Source: Octopus sinensis (lineage: Eukaryota). From it: DNA of 64,000 nucleotides. The translations under genes and the position numbers were made by a program. Shown here in pieces: positions 50,400 to 63,095 of this stretch; within the stretch, counting starts at the first letter, position 1, and every line of letters begins with the position of its first letter. The notes below the pieces were generated by a model. That model ran no database searches and was not told the origin of the DNA. It saw only the letters and a program-made list of their open reading frames with translations. The DNA lies in contig NC_042998.1 of the NCBI RefSeq assembly GCF_006345805.1, forward strand, positions 189,348,001 through 189,412,000, given 5' to 3'.

Positions 50400-51359
50400 T
50401 TAAATCTATGTTAACAGTATGTATACATCCAGAAAAAGAACATTTAATGATGATCAGAGACCAAACAGAGGAATGTAATGTAGACGTAAATATCAAACCT
50501 ATCTTGATCTCTAAAGATGTAGTTAATAGTCTGAAAAATCATAATAATTTTTACATTAAATTTTTCCATGATTGCATTGGGGTATGGTTTATTTTGATTA
50601 TTAATTTTATAGTTAGATGCCCTTCATAATACCAATCTTAATTGTGAATCAGAGTGAGACTCTCTCTTTACTCTTTTGTTTCAGTCATTTTACTGCGGCC
50701 ATGCTGGAGCACTGCCTTTAGTCGAGCAAATCGACCCCAAGACTTATTCTATTGGTCTCGTAACTTAGCTGAACCGCTAAGTTACGGGGACGTAAACACA
50801 CCAGCATCAGTTGTGAAGCAATGTTGCGGGGGACAAACACAGACATACAAACACACGCATGCATATATATATATACATACATATATACGACGGGCTTCTT
50901 TCAGTTTCCATCTACCAAATCCACTCAGAGGGCTTTTGTCGGCCTGAGGCTATAGCAGAAGACACTTGCCCAAGGTGCCATGCAATGGGACTGAACCCGG
51001 AACCATGTGGTTGGTAAGCAAGCTACTTACCACACAGCCACTCCTGTGCCTGTATGATGATCAGAGACCAAACAGAGGAATGTAATGTAGGTGTAAATAT
51101 CAAACCTATTTCCACCTCTAAAGATGAAGTTAATTGTTTGAAAAATAATAATTTTTACATTCCAATATCTTGAATTGATAACCATCTTGTATAACAAAAA
51201 ATTTGAGTAATTCTTAATTGCAGATACAGATCCTGCTAGTCCATTAATTAGGTAAACATATAGGGGAAAATTAAATTTAAAAACTAAATTAAATAGATTA
51301 AAAACAAAAACAAAGAGCAATAAAAAAAACAAAAACAAAATGGTTAAATCACGAGTTAC

Positions 51360-51404
51360 CATTCTCTTCTCACGCAGCATTTCTTTCCTTTTAAATCGGA
51401 TTTC
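51360..51404 (-). CDS. DDX10: DDX10 short exon (EIRFKRKEMLREKRM)
   Basis: Corresponds to EKRLKEREARRE. TAG acceptor, GTAACT donor, phase 0-0. Confidence 0.8.
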
Positions 51405-54078
51405 CTAAAAGACACAAAGTAAAATGAAAATTAAAACAGGTATTAAAAGATATATATTTATGAGGAAAGTGAAGTGAAAAGAGATAAAACCTGAAAATCA
51501 TGCATTTAAAAAAAATACTATTCTGAGCCCTAAACTAGAAAGAGTTAAAAGGATTTTTAAGAGAATATATTTGGTATAAAAACAGAAATTAGTGGTTATT
51601 CATCATCATCATCATTTAACGTCCGTTTTCCATGCTAGCATAGGTTGGACAGTTTTGACTGTGGGCTGGTGAACCTGATGGCTGCACCAGGCTCCAGTCT
51701 TGATCTGGCAGAGTTTCTACAGCTGGATGCCCTTCCTAATGCCAACCACTCCAAGAGTGTAGTGGGTGCTTTTTACGTGCCATTATTTGTGGTTATTATT
51801 GCATTGATGAAAAAATAAATGTCTAGGATTTAACAAACTACAAGAAACTATTTAATAATAATGGTTTCAAGTTTTGACATAAGCCAGCAATTTTGGAGGA
51901 GGGGGTTTAGCCAATATCATTGACTTCATTACTTCACTGATACTTTATTTTATCAATGTCAGTGTACATATATTTTTTTATGCATGAGGAATATTTGAAG
52001 GTGGACAACGAAAAACCTGGCTGATCTGGAACCCAACCTAGGCCCCCATATCTACGGTGTTCGCCACTGGAATAAGGAGTGGTTGGAGATCACACAGTTG
52101 TTAGCCTCAAATCGCCAGGTCTGGTCGTCGTTTGTGAGAGATGCAGCACTGAGGATGAATTAAGCCAGCTCAACCCACCCCGGGTGAATGCTGTCTCAAG
52201 TAAGTAAGTAGTGTACATATATGACAGATTGTAAGCATCCTGAGAGAAAAATTGGGTATAAGAAGCATCAGGTGTAGTGTGCAAGAGAGAAGATTGTGCA
52301 GGTTTGGTCATGTGATGCAGATGGACAAGAATAGCTGTGTAACAAAGTGCCGTTCTCTGTGGAGATAACCTGTGGAAAAGGTACACTCAGGACATGGGAT
52401 GAGGTGGTCAAGTATGATTTTCGGATGTTGAATCTAGTGGAGGTGATAACAAGTGACTGAGACCTTTGGTGATTTGTTGTGCTTGAGAAGACAGGTCAAG
52501 CCAAGTAAAATTGTAGTTGTGGCCAGTGCTGGTGACATGTAAAAGGCACCCACTACATTCTATGGAGTGGTTGGCATTAGGAAGGACATCTAACAGTAGA
52601 AACCAAGCCAAAACACAGTGGAGCTTGGTGCAGCTCTCTGACTTACTAGTCCCAGTCAAACCACCTAACCCATGTCAGCATGGCATGGGTTAGATGCTAA
52701 ATGATGATGATGATGATGAATTTTGAAAGGATGAGAGGCAAAGCCGACCTTGATGGAATTTGAATTTACAAATGCTGCTAAGCATTTTGTCTAACTCACT
52801 AATGATTCTGCCAGCTTGCTCTCTTAATAATAATGATGATGATGATGATTCCTTCTATTTGCCACGAAAAGGCACAAGATTAAAACTTTAGGGAAGGAGT
52901 ATAGTAAACCAACTTGATACCAGTCCTTACAGGAGGCATTTTGTCTAGTATTCTAAATTCTACCATTGCAGGACCAGAGCAATAGTTATTGACAGATTAA
53001 CTGTGGAATAAGAATAAAATCTGCAGTCAGGTCAGATTGGGGTACAAAGAGTTATGTACCTTAATTTAAAGAGGCAACACTATAGAGCTCACGGTCATGT
53101 GGCCAGTAGTACAGCACCAGTTCACCTGCACACTGTATACAATAAGTTCATTATTATTTAACTCCACAGTTAAGTGTACCCACAAAGTATTACTCATAAG
53201 TATAGGATGGTACATCTACAACATACACAAACATTTCAGACGGCATCTAATTCAAAAACAGGCCATTTGACTGAATGATAAATATTCCTTAGATAACACC
53301 CTAAAGCTCCTAGTATATGAGCTAACATGGAAGCCAATTATATGTGGTCATTTAAACCGCTAAAAATAGTAGCCAAACATCCGAAAATCATACCTACAAC
53401 CCTAAAAACAAAAAGGGGTATATATTGGGTAATGTAGTCCTAGATATACTGTGGTTGAAAAAAAATGATGAAATGGTCAAAGCTGGAATGTTATTGATCA
53501 TAGGGATGCTGGAACAGGGTCAGCCTGGAGCAAAAAAAAAAAAATTCTGATACTCTATATCCGCCCTTGTCTTAACAATAACAACAACAACGATGATGGC
53601 TCCTGCTTCTCCAGACTAGTAAACTGTGTACAAGTTCTGAAAAAAAAAATCCCACATAATGCCCCAGTCTCTTCTCTTGTGATACTAACTGTGCATCACC
53701 CCATCAGACCTGGCACAAAATATTTTGCTCAATTCTTTCTCTCCAGGACTTTAACTTAATGGAATTTTCTCCCTTCTCCCTTTTAATCAATATGCAGACA
53801 TTCTAGCTGAACATCAACCACATTGATATCACCAATCCAAGAGAACCTACAAATGGCTATTATGTGCTTCCTTTTCCTTGAAGTCAATAATAATTGGTAA
53901 AAACAAACAATTTATTCCAAAAATTCATATGCAAAAGATTAAATCAGAAAGATTCTGCTCATAAAATATAGCTGACTGAACACAGCATTTGGTCCTTGGG
54001 TGTCTTTAGCAGAGAATAATTTGTTGCTTGTATTTAAACCAGATACCCACACTAGTTCCTTCCAAATACATATTTTTC

Positions 54079-54475
54079 GGATCTTTTCGGTTAAAATAAT
54101 TTCCACGTAACTAAACACTTTTAAACTTCGTATACTGGTAGAATGTGTTTATAAAACATCTTTTTCTCTTGGCTTTATTGAGAAAATTCTATAGTTTGTA
54201 AGATATTTGTTGTTTTTTTTCTTCAATTTCTGCAATTTCAACCAATCAATGACATTTATTGAGGTAAAAAAAACATTCTGTGCCGTATGAATATGTCCCT
54301 CGTTTAAGAAACAGTTTGGGTTTATTTACATTTGTGAAGAAAAAAAGATACCCCTCCCCACCCTAACCCTAAAACAGATTGAAATGCAATAGATCGATAC
54401 TAGGGTCGTAATTATGGGTGACAATTATATATGACACCGCTAGAAAAAAAACTGCCGTTCAAACCGAAAAGATCC
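54079..54475. mobile_element. Merlin-like MITE with a small left-TIR deletion
   Basis: 8-bp TSD TATTTTTC. Confidence 0.8.
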
Positions 54476-54698
54476 TATTTTTCTTGCCAATATTGATTTG
54501 CAGATATTCAGGCTGGACATCATCAATACATCAATTTTTCAACTTGGGGAAGAGTTTAAAGGTTATGGCCACTGCTCTACCTACTCATCACTAACTTGTA
54601 AAAAAGGAGAAAAAAATACTAATCAACAAGACTTGATATAAAAACAACTTCTTGCAAATTGAAAGAATATTTAGAAAATATTGTTCAACCCATGACAG

Positions 54699-55179
54699 TG
54701 TAGTGACGTCATATTCCAGTGTGCGCAACGTCCTTCTTCAGTGTGCGTGTGCGGGGTTGGAACCTTCTGGAAAGGCATAAAGAAGTTCCCTCATGCACAT
54801 GCGCTAGAGACTGAAGAACAAATTCTATCGCGTTCCTTAATAGCGTCGGGGACTTGAGACATAGAAGAGAAAGGATGTATTTTAAACGTGTGATCAGCCT
54901 ATTCTCCTCTCCCAGACGCTTAGGATTTAACCTGTTCTATTGCTGCTGAATTGTTGTAAGAAGCTTACAAACATTAGAATTCAGCCTTGCTGTGTTGAAC
55001 TAGGTGGATACCAGTATACCATCGTGTTTCATTGTTGAATAAGAGAATAAAGAATTGTATATATTTTTAAACTTGCGTTTCGTTCCTGACTGGTAGTTTC
55101 TAGAAACAAAAAGAAAGGAAATTGTGTTGCACCCAAGTTGCACCCCAAAAGTGTAAAGAAGCAACCAGTTCCCTTTACA
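54699..55179 (+). mobile_element. Solo LTR (gypsy-like)
   Basis: TGTA...TACA termini, 4-bp TSD ACAG, AATAAA at 55046-51, CpGs retained. Confidence 0.75.
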
Positions 55180-55224
55180 ACAGCATAGAGGACATGTTAA
55201 ATGATGACGATGTCTGTTACTTAC

Positions 55225-55383
55225 TTTGTGTTTTGCATTTACTTTGTCATGGTAAATTTGCTTATCCACTATATCTTCGGCCTTCATGTACATTTTGGCT
55301 TCTTCAATATTTATTCCACAAACATCTGACTGACTGGTTTCTCTACTTGAAGTTTGGGCATGTTTATACATATCTTTAACAAC
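55225..55383 (-). CDS. DDX10: DDX10 exon (VVKDMYK...GINIEEAKMYMKAEDIVDKQIYHDKVNAKHK)
   Basis: Matches GINLHKAKERLQEEDKFDKEEYRKKIKAKHR. CAG acceptor, GTAAGT donor. Confidence 0.92.
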
Positions 55384-57941
55384 CTGAAATTACATGAACA
55401 GAACAAACAAATGGAGCTTTCCTTTATATATACAACAGGGAACACACGGAAATAAATATTTAAGCATATAAATAATTATTTATAGTAGTGAGGGTGAAGT
55501 CAAATTTGAGAATGTTGGATCCCACAGAGATGATGATGATGATGATGATGATAATGATCATCATTTAACGTCTGCTTTCCATGCTAGCATGGGTTGGACG
55601 GTTCAAATGGGGTCTGGGAAGCCAGAAGGCTGCACCAGGCCCAGTCTGATGTGGCAGTGTTTCTACAGCTGGATGCCCTTCCTAATGCCAACCACTCCGT
55701 GAGTGTAGTGGGTGCTTTTTACGTGCCAGAAGAGGCTGGCAACGGCCATGATTGGATGGTGTTTTTACGTGCCACCGGCACGGTGGCCAGTCGGGGCGGC
55801 GCTGGCAACAGCCACGTTCGGACGGTTCTCTTACGCGCAACCGGCACTGGTATCACAACTACAATTTCCATTGATTTTGATCGATACAGGGGGATACTGT
55901 TTGACAAACCTGTTCAACCCATGCCATTAGGGTAAAATGAACTTCAGATGATGACTAATAGTTGGATTTTTTATGGTGATATAGTAAAAACATATATGAT
56001 AATGACTGCTAACTTTGATAACAAAATTATGAACATTTTTGGTGAAGAGGTGTAAACCAATTAAAATTAACGGCAGCACTACAGTGATACATATAACATA
56101 TAATACACATTTGTTTGTGCTGGCAACAAAGAGTTTCATCATCATTTAACGTCTGCTTTCCATGGGTTGGATGGTTTGACTGTGGGCTGGCGAACCTGAT
56201 GGCTGCACCAGGCTCCAGTCTTGATCTGGCAGAGTTTCTGCAGCTGGATGCCCTTCCTAACGCCAACCACTCCGAGAGTGTAGTGGGTGCTTTTACGTGC
56301 CACAGGCACGAGGCCAGTCAGGTGGTACTGGCAACGACCTTGCTCGAATCTTTTACACATGCGAATGGCACAGGTGCCAGTAAGGCGATGCTGGTAATGA
56401 TCCCGCTCCAATGGTGCCTCCTACATGCCACCGGCACAGAAGCTAGTTAGCCGCTCTGGCAATGATCACGTTCGGATGGTGCTCTTAGCACCCTACTTGC
56501 ACGGGGCACAAGTGCCAGTAAGGCGAAGCTGGCAATGATCACACCCGAATGGTGCCTTTTATGTGCCACTGGGATGGAAGCCAGTTCTTTCTTTATTTTA
56601 AAGGCAGCTTGAATGAAGCAGTAAGAAATGCAATGTTCACTCTGGTGAGACATAGGTATTACATATAGAACTGAGAGAGTCACTGAATACTAAAATCTGC
56701 AGTCAATGTCTGCAGGAGAGACAAATATGTTAGTGTGGAGATGTAATGTGAATGGACAATAAGTGTAATGTACGGTTAATGAAGGTCACCTGATAAAGGA
56801 AAAACAAAGAAAATATGAAGTGATAAAATCATAGCTTAAGCTGTTATTCCTCATAAAAAGAAATAAGAGACAGAGAAGAATATACATTAGGCATGTCTAA
56901 ACTATGGAGAAACAGATAAATGTTGCTGGTGATTTTCTCATAACTTTTTTGGTATCATTATTAACCTTACTCTCCACCAACTCAGTTGTTCCCTAAAGAT
57001 TTTGAAGATCTTTTATACTTTTTTTCCCCATTAATATCCTCTCTAATACCATTTATTCCTACACAAATATGATAACCCACTTTCATTCGGACACCCTTAT
57101 TTCTTGCTAACATTAACCACTATTCTTATTTCTTTACTACCCACAAGGGGCTATACACAGAGGGGACAAACAAGGACAGGTAAACGGATCAGGTCGATTA
57201 TATCGACCCCAGTGCATAACTGGTACTTATTTAATCGACCCCGTAAGGATGAAAGGCAAAGTCAACCTCGGCGGAATTTGAACTCAGAACGTAGAAGCAG
57301 ACGAAATACCGCTAAGCATTTCGCCCGACATGCTAACGTTTCTGCCAGCTCGCCGCCTTTTCATTAGCCACTATTCTGGTAGGACATCTACTGTATTATC
57401 AGTAGGGATCTTCATTACTATCGATGTAAATTTGAAATATGGTGGAAGAGTGGAGACAAATCAATGAACCAGAAGGGGAACATAGAAACAATTAAAATAT
57501 TAGTTAGTGACAGGAAGTTGTAAAATCGAAATGTAAGGAGAAATAGTTATATTTAATATGCAGGATTGGAAATAGGTAGAAAAATCATTAACTGACGATA
57601 CACAAAAAAAATGTATTTGGACCTCAAAAAGACAAATTGGCTGTTGAGGTTAAGCTAATGATGGTATAACATCAAAGGTATCACATGAAATGAAGAAGCT
57701 TATTATTATTGTTGATGATAGTGATTCTCTCTGTGAAGAGAATACGAAACAAGGTTTGTGTTACAAGGTTGATACTTCATGGTGCAGAGAAATTGAAGAT
57801 CTTCAATAACTAGAGAAAAGGAGCTTAGTTTTGTCGATTGGGTATAAAGTATAACCATAAGGTACTGAGTACAAGTAAATTAGGAAAGTATTTGAATATG
57901 AGGGTGTTTGTTGATATATGTAGAAGAGATATCTGCATTAG

Positions 57942-58331
57942 ATTGTTGCCAGAGCAACAAGCTGGCCTTCGTGCCGATGGCATGTTAAACACACCATTCG
58001 AGCATGATTGTTACCGCATCACTTTACTAGCTCTTGTGCTGGTGGCATGTGAAACATTCGAGCGAGGTCATCACCAGTGCTGCAGGACTGGCTCCTGTGC
58101 AGGTGGTACATAAAAAGCACCATTTGGGTGTGGCCATTGCCAGTACCACCAAACTGGCCCTCATGCCGGTGACACGTAAAAGCACCCACTACACTCTCAG
58201 AGTGGTTGGCATTAGGAAGGGCATCCAGCTGTAGAAATTCTGCCAGATCAGATTGGAGTTTGGTTCGCCAGACCTCAGTCAAATCGTCCAACCCATGCTA
58301 GCATGGAAAGCAGACGTTAAATGATGATGAT
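57942..58331 (+). mobile_element. RTE 3'UTR fragment with 14-bp TSD
   Basis: TSD GATATCTGCATTAG at 57928-41 and 58332-45. Represents about 30 such tails (e.g. 4316, 18232, 18858, 19885, 23190, 29645, 30658, 33180, 39135, 41110, 43350, 55530, 56135, 61545). Confidence 0.88.
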
Positions 58332-58656
58332 GATATCTGCATTAGTATGAACATATGATAAATGTAAGAGGTGTCGTGTGGTGGCAGAAGAGGACAATGG
58401 AGGAGATGATGCAAGAGTGAGATGTCGAAAAATGCTGTAGTATACATCTGTGTAATATATATTGCCAAAGAAAAATGGATACTGACTACAATGGTATGCA
58501 TTTGTATATTTAAGCATACAGGTATGTATATGTGTACAAACATGAATATATATTTATTGCAGATTTTTGAAAATATTTTAACAGTCAATCTATCTTTGGA
58601 CTGAAATTTATTCAGAGGTAAAACATAATTAACAAAGGCTTCAACTTTATACTAAC

Positions 58657-58785
58657 CTCTCCATCATCATCAAACTTAATCTTTGTGTTTAATTCAATGT
58701 TTTTCCTTAAAGCACGTTTTGCGATAGAAATTTTACTCAAAGTTTTCTTTTTGCTTTTGGTAACTGTTTTACTACTGTTGTCAAC
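58657..58785 (-). CDS. DDX10: DDX10 exon (VDNSSKTVTKSKKKTLSKISIAKRALRKNIELNTKIKFDDDGE)
   Basis: Matches KKMTKVAEAKKVMKRNFKVNKKITFTDEGE. CAG acceptor, GTTAGT donor. Confidence 0.92.
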
Positions 58786-59178
58786 CTGAAAAAGAAGAGA
58801 TAAAATATTTTACATAATTCATTCTAATATCTGATCTGCAAAACTGGAGAAATGTTATGAATTAAACTGGCATCATATAAAGTGAATATGAGAGAGGTGA
58901 ATTGACTTCAGTAATCAATAACAATTAAGAACGGGTCGTAGGTGAATATGATAATGATTGTAGTTAGAGTCTTCACATCCAGTAATACCAGAATGGTCAT
59001 TAACCTCAGACCAATCCTAATTGAAAAGATCTATGATCAAAGGCATTCCTGCTTTGACTGTTACATCTTATTTCAGGTATTGTGTACTCCAGACTACATT
59101 AGTTGATGAGTATTTTATTAAGATTGTATGGTGTGCTTGCATGGAGTCTGTTATTTCTGTTTAGAAGACTGTTGTTAA

Positions 59179-59397
59179 CCCTTTAGTATTCAGATTATTC
59201 AATCAAACATAATGCCTATTGATTCACATTGATTTGAATTAATCATGCATTATCTCATATCTTCAAGATCTTAATGGTGTAATTACTTAATATAGAATAA
59301 CATTGTAGGGTAGGTGTGAGAGCCTGGATCTGGTCAGTTTGAACATAAAACTGATTAGTTATTTTGGCCGGATATGGCTGGTTTAAATACTAAAGGG
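59179..59397. mobile_element. piggyBac-like MITE
   Basis: TTAA TSD, CCCTTTAG TIR. Confidence 0.8.
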
Positions 59398-60070
59398 TTA
59401 AAACATTAACAATAAAGTAGCAAAAGATGACAGGCAACAAGGAATATACAAAATGTTTGAAGTGTAATTATATTTAAGATAGATTGAAGGAGAGAGAGAA
59501 AATATTGTGATAAAATTAAAATATATGAATTGAATGAAAACATGCTTTATGTTGATGATTTACAGATATGACCTTACAAGCTGATTGTTTAGAAATATAG
59601 GTGCAGGAGTGGCTGTGTGGTAAGTAGCTTGCTTACCAACCACATGGTTCCGGGTTCAGTCCCACGGCGTGGCACCTTGGGCAAGTGTCTTCTACTATAG
59701 CCTCGGGCCGACCAAAGCCTGTGAGTGGATTTGGTAGACGGAAACTGAAAGAAGCCTGTCGTATATATGTATATATATATATATGTGCGTGTGTGCTTGT
59801 GTGTCTGTGTTTGTCCCCCTAGCATTGCTTGACAACCGATGCTGGTGTGTTTATGTCCCCGTCACTTAGCAGTTCGGCAAAAGAGACCGATAGAATAAGT
59901 ACTGGGCTTACAAAGAATAAGTCCCGGGGTCGAGTTGCTCAATTAAAGGTGGTGCTCCAGCATGGCCGCAGTCAAATGACTGAAACAAGTGAAAGAGTAA
60001 AAGAGAGAGTAAACAGCTCATGGCAAAAAGCCTTTTATTATCGAAATTAGAAGAATGGATAAATAAATAC

Positions 60071-60476
60071 CTCTACCTCCTTGGTTACATCTTCAACTGG
60101 CTCAGCAGGAATTCTTCGTTTAAAGGTCAGAAGGTCATCATCATCATCATCACCACAACCAAACTGTACAGAAAATTTCTCCTTATCACAGTCAGAATCG
60201 CCTTCATCACTAGACCCAGATGCTTCATTCTCAGAATCACTACTTGAACCACTTCTGGTTGATATGTGATGTTTCGGCTGAGGTTTGGCCTGTTTTTCGT
60301 GCTTTTCTTCCTCACTTTCAGAGTCAGATTCATCTGATTCAGTAGACTGCATGTCATCACTCTCCTCACCTTTGGAAGCAGCTTTCTTCACAGAATTATC
60401 AGCTTCCTTTTTCAAGCGTTGTTTCTCTTCTTTTTCCAAAAATCGTACACGTGGAATTACTTCTAAGCCCAGAGAG
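60071..60476 (-). CDS. DDX10: DDX10 exon (SLGLEVIPRVRFLEK...acidic tract...DLLTFKR)
   Basis: SLGL..PRVRFL motif. Donor is either 60070 (GTATTT) or 60076 (GTAGAG), both phase 0. Confidence 0.9.
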
Positions 60477-60661
60477 CTACAAAATAAATGAATAGGTGAG
60501 AGACTAAAGTAAGACAAGTGACTATAAAAATACTTATCTAAACAGTGTCAGTATGAGAGATTACAAGGATGAAAGATGAGTCATTGATTTATAAATATTA
60601 ATAATCCAATCCCTCCCCAAAAATTTCAGGCCTTGTGCCTAGAATAGAAAAGAATATTTTA

Positions 60662-61052
60662 GAAGGCAGTGAGCTGGCAGAAACGTTAGCACGCTGGGCG
60701 GAATACTTAGAATGAAAGGCAAAGTCGAATTCCGCCGAGGTCAACTTTGCCTTTCATCCTTTTGGGGTCAATTAAATAAGTACCAGTTGTGCACTGGGGT
60801 CGATATAATCGACTTAATCCGTTTGTCTGTCCTTGTTCGTCCCCTCTGTGTTTAGCCCCTTGTGGGTAGTAAAGAAATAGGTATTTCGTCTGCCTTTACG
60901 CTCTGAGTTCAAATTCCGCTGGGGTCGACTTTGCCTTTCATTCTCTCAGATTCGATAAATTAAGTACCAGTTGCATACTGGGGATCAATCTAATCGATTG
61001 GCTCCATCCCCCCAAAATTTCAGGCCTTGTGCCTAGAGTAGAAAAGAATATT
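60662..61052 (+). mobile_element. Composite (nested or dimeric) family-A SINE
   Basis: One head and two bodies with different tails. Confidence 0.75.
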
Positions 61053-61153
61053 ACTAATCCAGTGTTCATTATATAAATTTCTTAATAATTACAACTAATT
61101 AAGAAAAACTAAATTATGTATATTTTATTGATGACTTTGTTGATTATACATAC

Positions 61154-61242
61154 CAGGAAAAGTTTCCAAGATCCAGATTTTTCACATCAAAAATACTTTT
61201 GTTTGACATCAAAAATACTGAACGGATATATGAAATAAAGGC
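61154..61242 (-). CDS. DDX10: DDX10 exon (AFISYIRSVFLMSNKSIFDVKNLDLGNFS); upstream exons lie beyond the window
   Basis: Matches DDX10/DBP4 CFVSYVRSVYLMKDKEVFDV. CAG acceptor, GTATGT donor, phase 0-2. Confidence 0.92.
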
Positions 61243-62504
61243 CTGCAATCATAAAAAAATTAGAAAAGGACTTTAGAAAATTGAATACAAGGCTGGTAAC
61301 TAAGAAAGCGTCTGTAGCAGCTAAGTCCAGTAAATACATCACTGTTTATTTTGATGTAATAAAATGGTCAGGTGATGAAATGACATGTGATGTATTTACT
61401 GTGATGCACTACACTGTAAAGCAAAACATTAAAGCTTTTATTCAGTGTAAATACATAATTTTTTAAAAAATAAAAAATAAATTCAAAGATAAAAATAAAA
61501 TCGATATTAAATTTACTGAATCTCTCTCTCTCTGAAGAAGTGCCACTCCCAAATAGTTGAAGGAATCCGGGGGAGAGGTAGACCCAGGAAGACATGGGAT
61601 GAGGTGGTCAAGCATGACCCCTCGAATGTTGGGCTTCACAGAGGCAATGACAAAAGACCGAGATCTCTGGAGATATGCTGTGACTGCAAAGACCCGACAA
61701 ATAAGGTGAGTTCATGGCTGTTTCCTGCACCAGTTTCGCATAGCCCCAGCCCATCCAAAGTACCTTGGATTGCAGAACGACCTGCTGTGCTTGAGGAGAC
61801 CTATTGAGTCAAGTACATCAACATCAAAATAAATATCAAATGGAAATTGTAGTTGGATACCTGTGCGGGTGGCACGTAAAAAGCACCCACTACACTCATG
61901 GAGTGGTTGGTGTTAGGAAGAGCATCCAGCTGTAGAAACACTGCCAGATCAGACTGGAGCCTGGTGCAGCCTCCTGGCTTCCCAGACCCCGGTTGAACCG
62001 TCCAACTTGTGCTAGCACAGAAAATGGATGTTAAAGGATGATGATATGCAAAAATACAAGTCAAAGTTACATTCAAAAATACAATCACAAAAAAAAACCT
62101 CGTTGTTTTTTATCAGCATCATTCTACTCAGCTTTCATTAACAGCCATCAAATTTGAGAGTGTTACCTATGATAGTAGACTAGTATCTGGGCCATAAGAA
62201 GATTTACTCCTCATTTATCCAATGCTATATAAACTGAAATAAATACAGGCCTATGGATCTATAGATATGTGAAAAGCTATCAACTTTAACTAGTTTTAGA
62301 AATTTTATAGTAATATTGGTTTCAAATTTTGGCACAAGGCCCACAATTTCAGGAGAGAGGTTAAGTTGACCCCAGTGTTCAACTGCTACTTATTTACTGA
62401 CCCTGAAAAGATGAAACGCAAAGTCAACCTCAGCAAAATTTGAACTCAGACTGTAAAAATGGACGAAATAAGCATTATGCTTGGCACGCTAGCAATTCTG
62501 GCAG

Positions 62505-63095
62505 TAATCATCATCATCATCGTTTAACGTCCGCTTTCCATGCTAGCATAGGTTGGATGATTTTGATTGAAGGCTGGCGAACCAGATGGCTGCACCAGGC
62601 TCCAATCTTGATTTGGTAGGGTTTCTACAGCTGGATGCCCTTCCTAATGCCAACCACTCCGAGAGTGTAGTGGGTGCTTTTTACATGCCACAGGCATGGG
62701 AGCCAGTCAGGCAGTACTGGCAACGACTTTGCTCGAATCTTTTTACACATTCCACCAGCACAGGTGCCAGTAAGGTGACATTGGTAATGATCATGCTTGA
62801 ATGGTGCCCTTTTACGTGCCACTGACATGGAAGCCAGTTGGCTGATCTGGCAACGATGACACTTGGATGGTGCTCTTGGCACCCTACTAGTACGGGCACA
62901 AGTGCCAGTAAGGCGACGCTGGTAACGATCATGCTTGAATGGTGCCCTTTTACGTGCCACTGACATGGAAGCCAGTTGGCTGCTCTGGCAACGATCACCC
63001 TTGGATGGTGCTCTTGGCACCCTACTAGCACGGGCACAAGTGCCAGTAATGCGACGCTGGTAACGATTACGCTTGAATGGTGCCTTTTAAGTGCC
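62505..63095 (-). mobile_element. RTE 3'UTR fragment with a 138-bp higher-order repeat
   Basis: GTGCCAGTAA recurs at 62764, 62902 and 63040. Confidence 0.85.
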
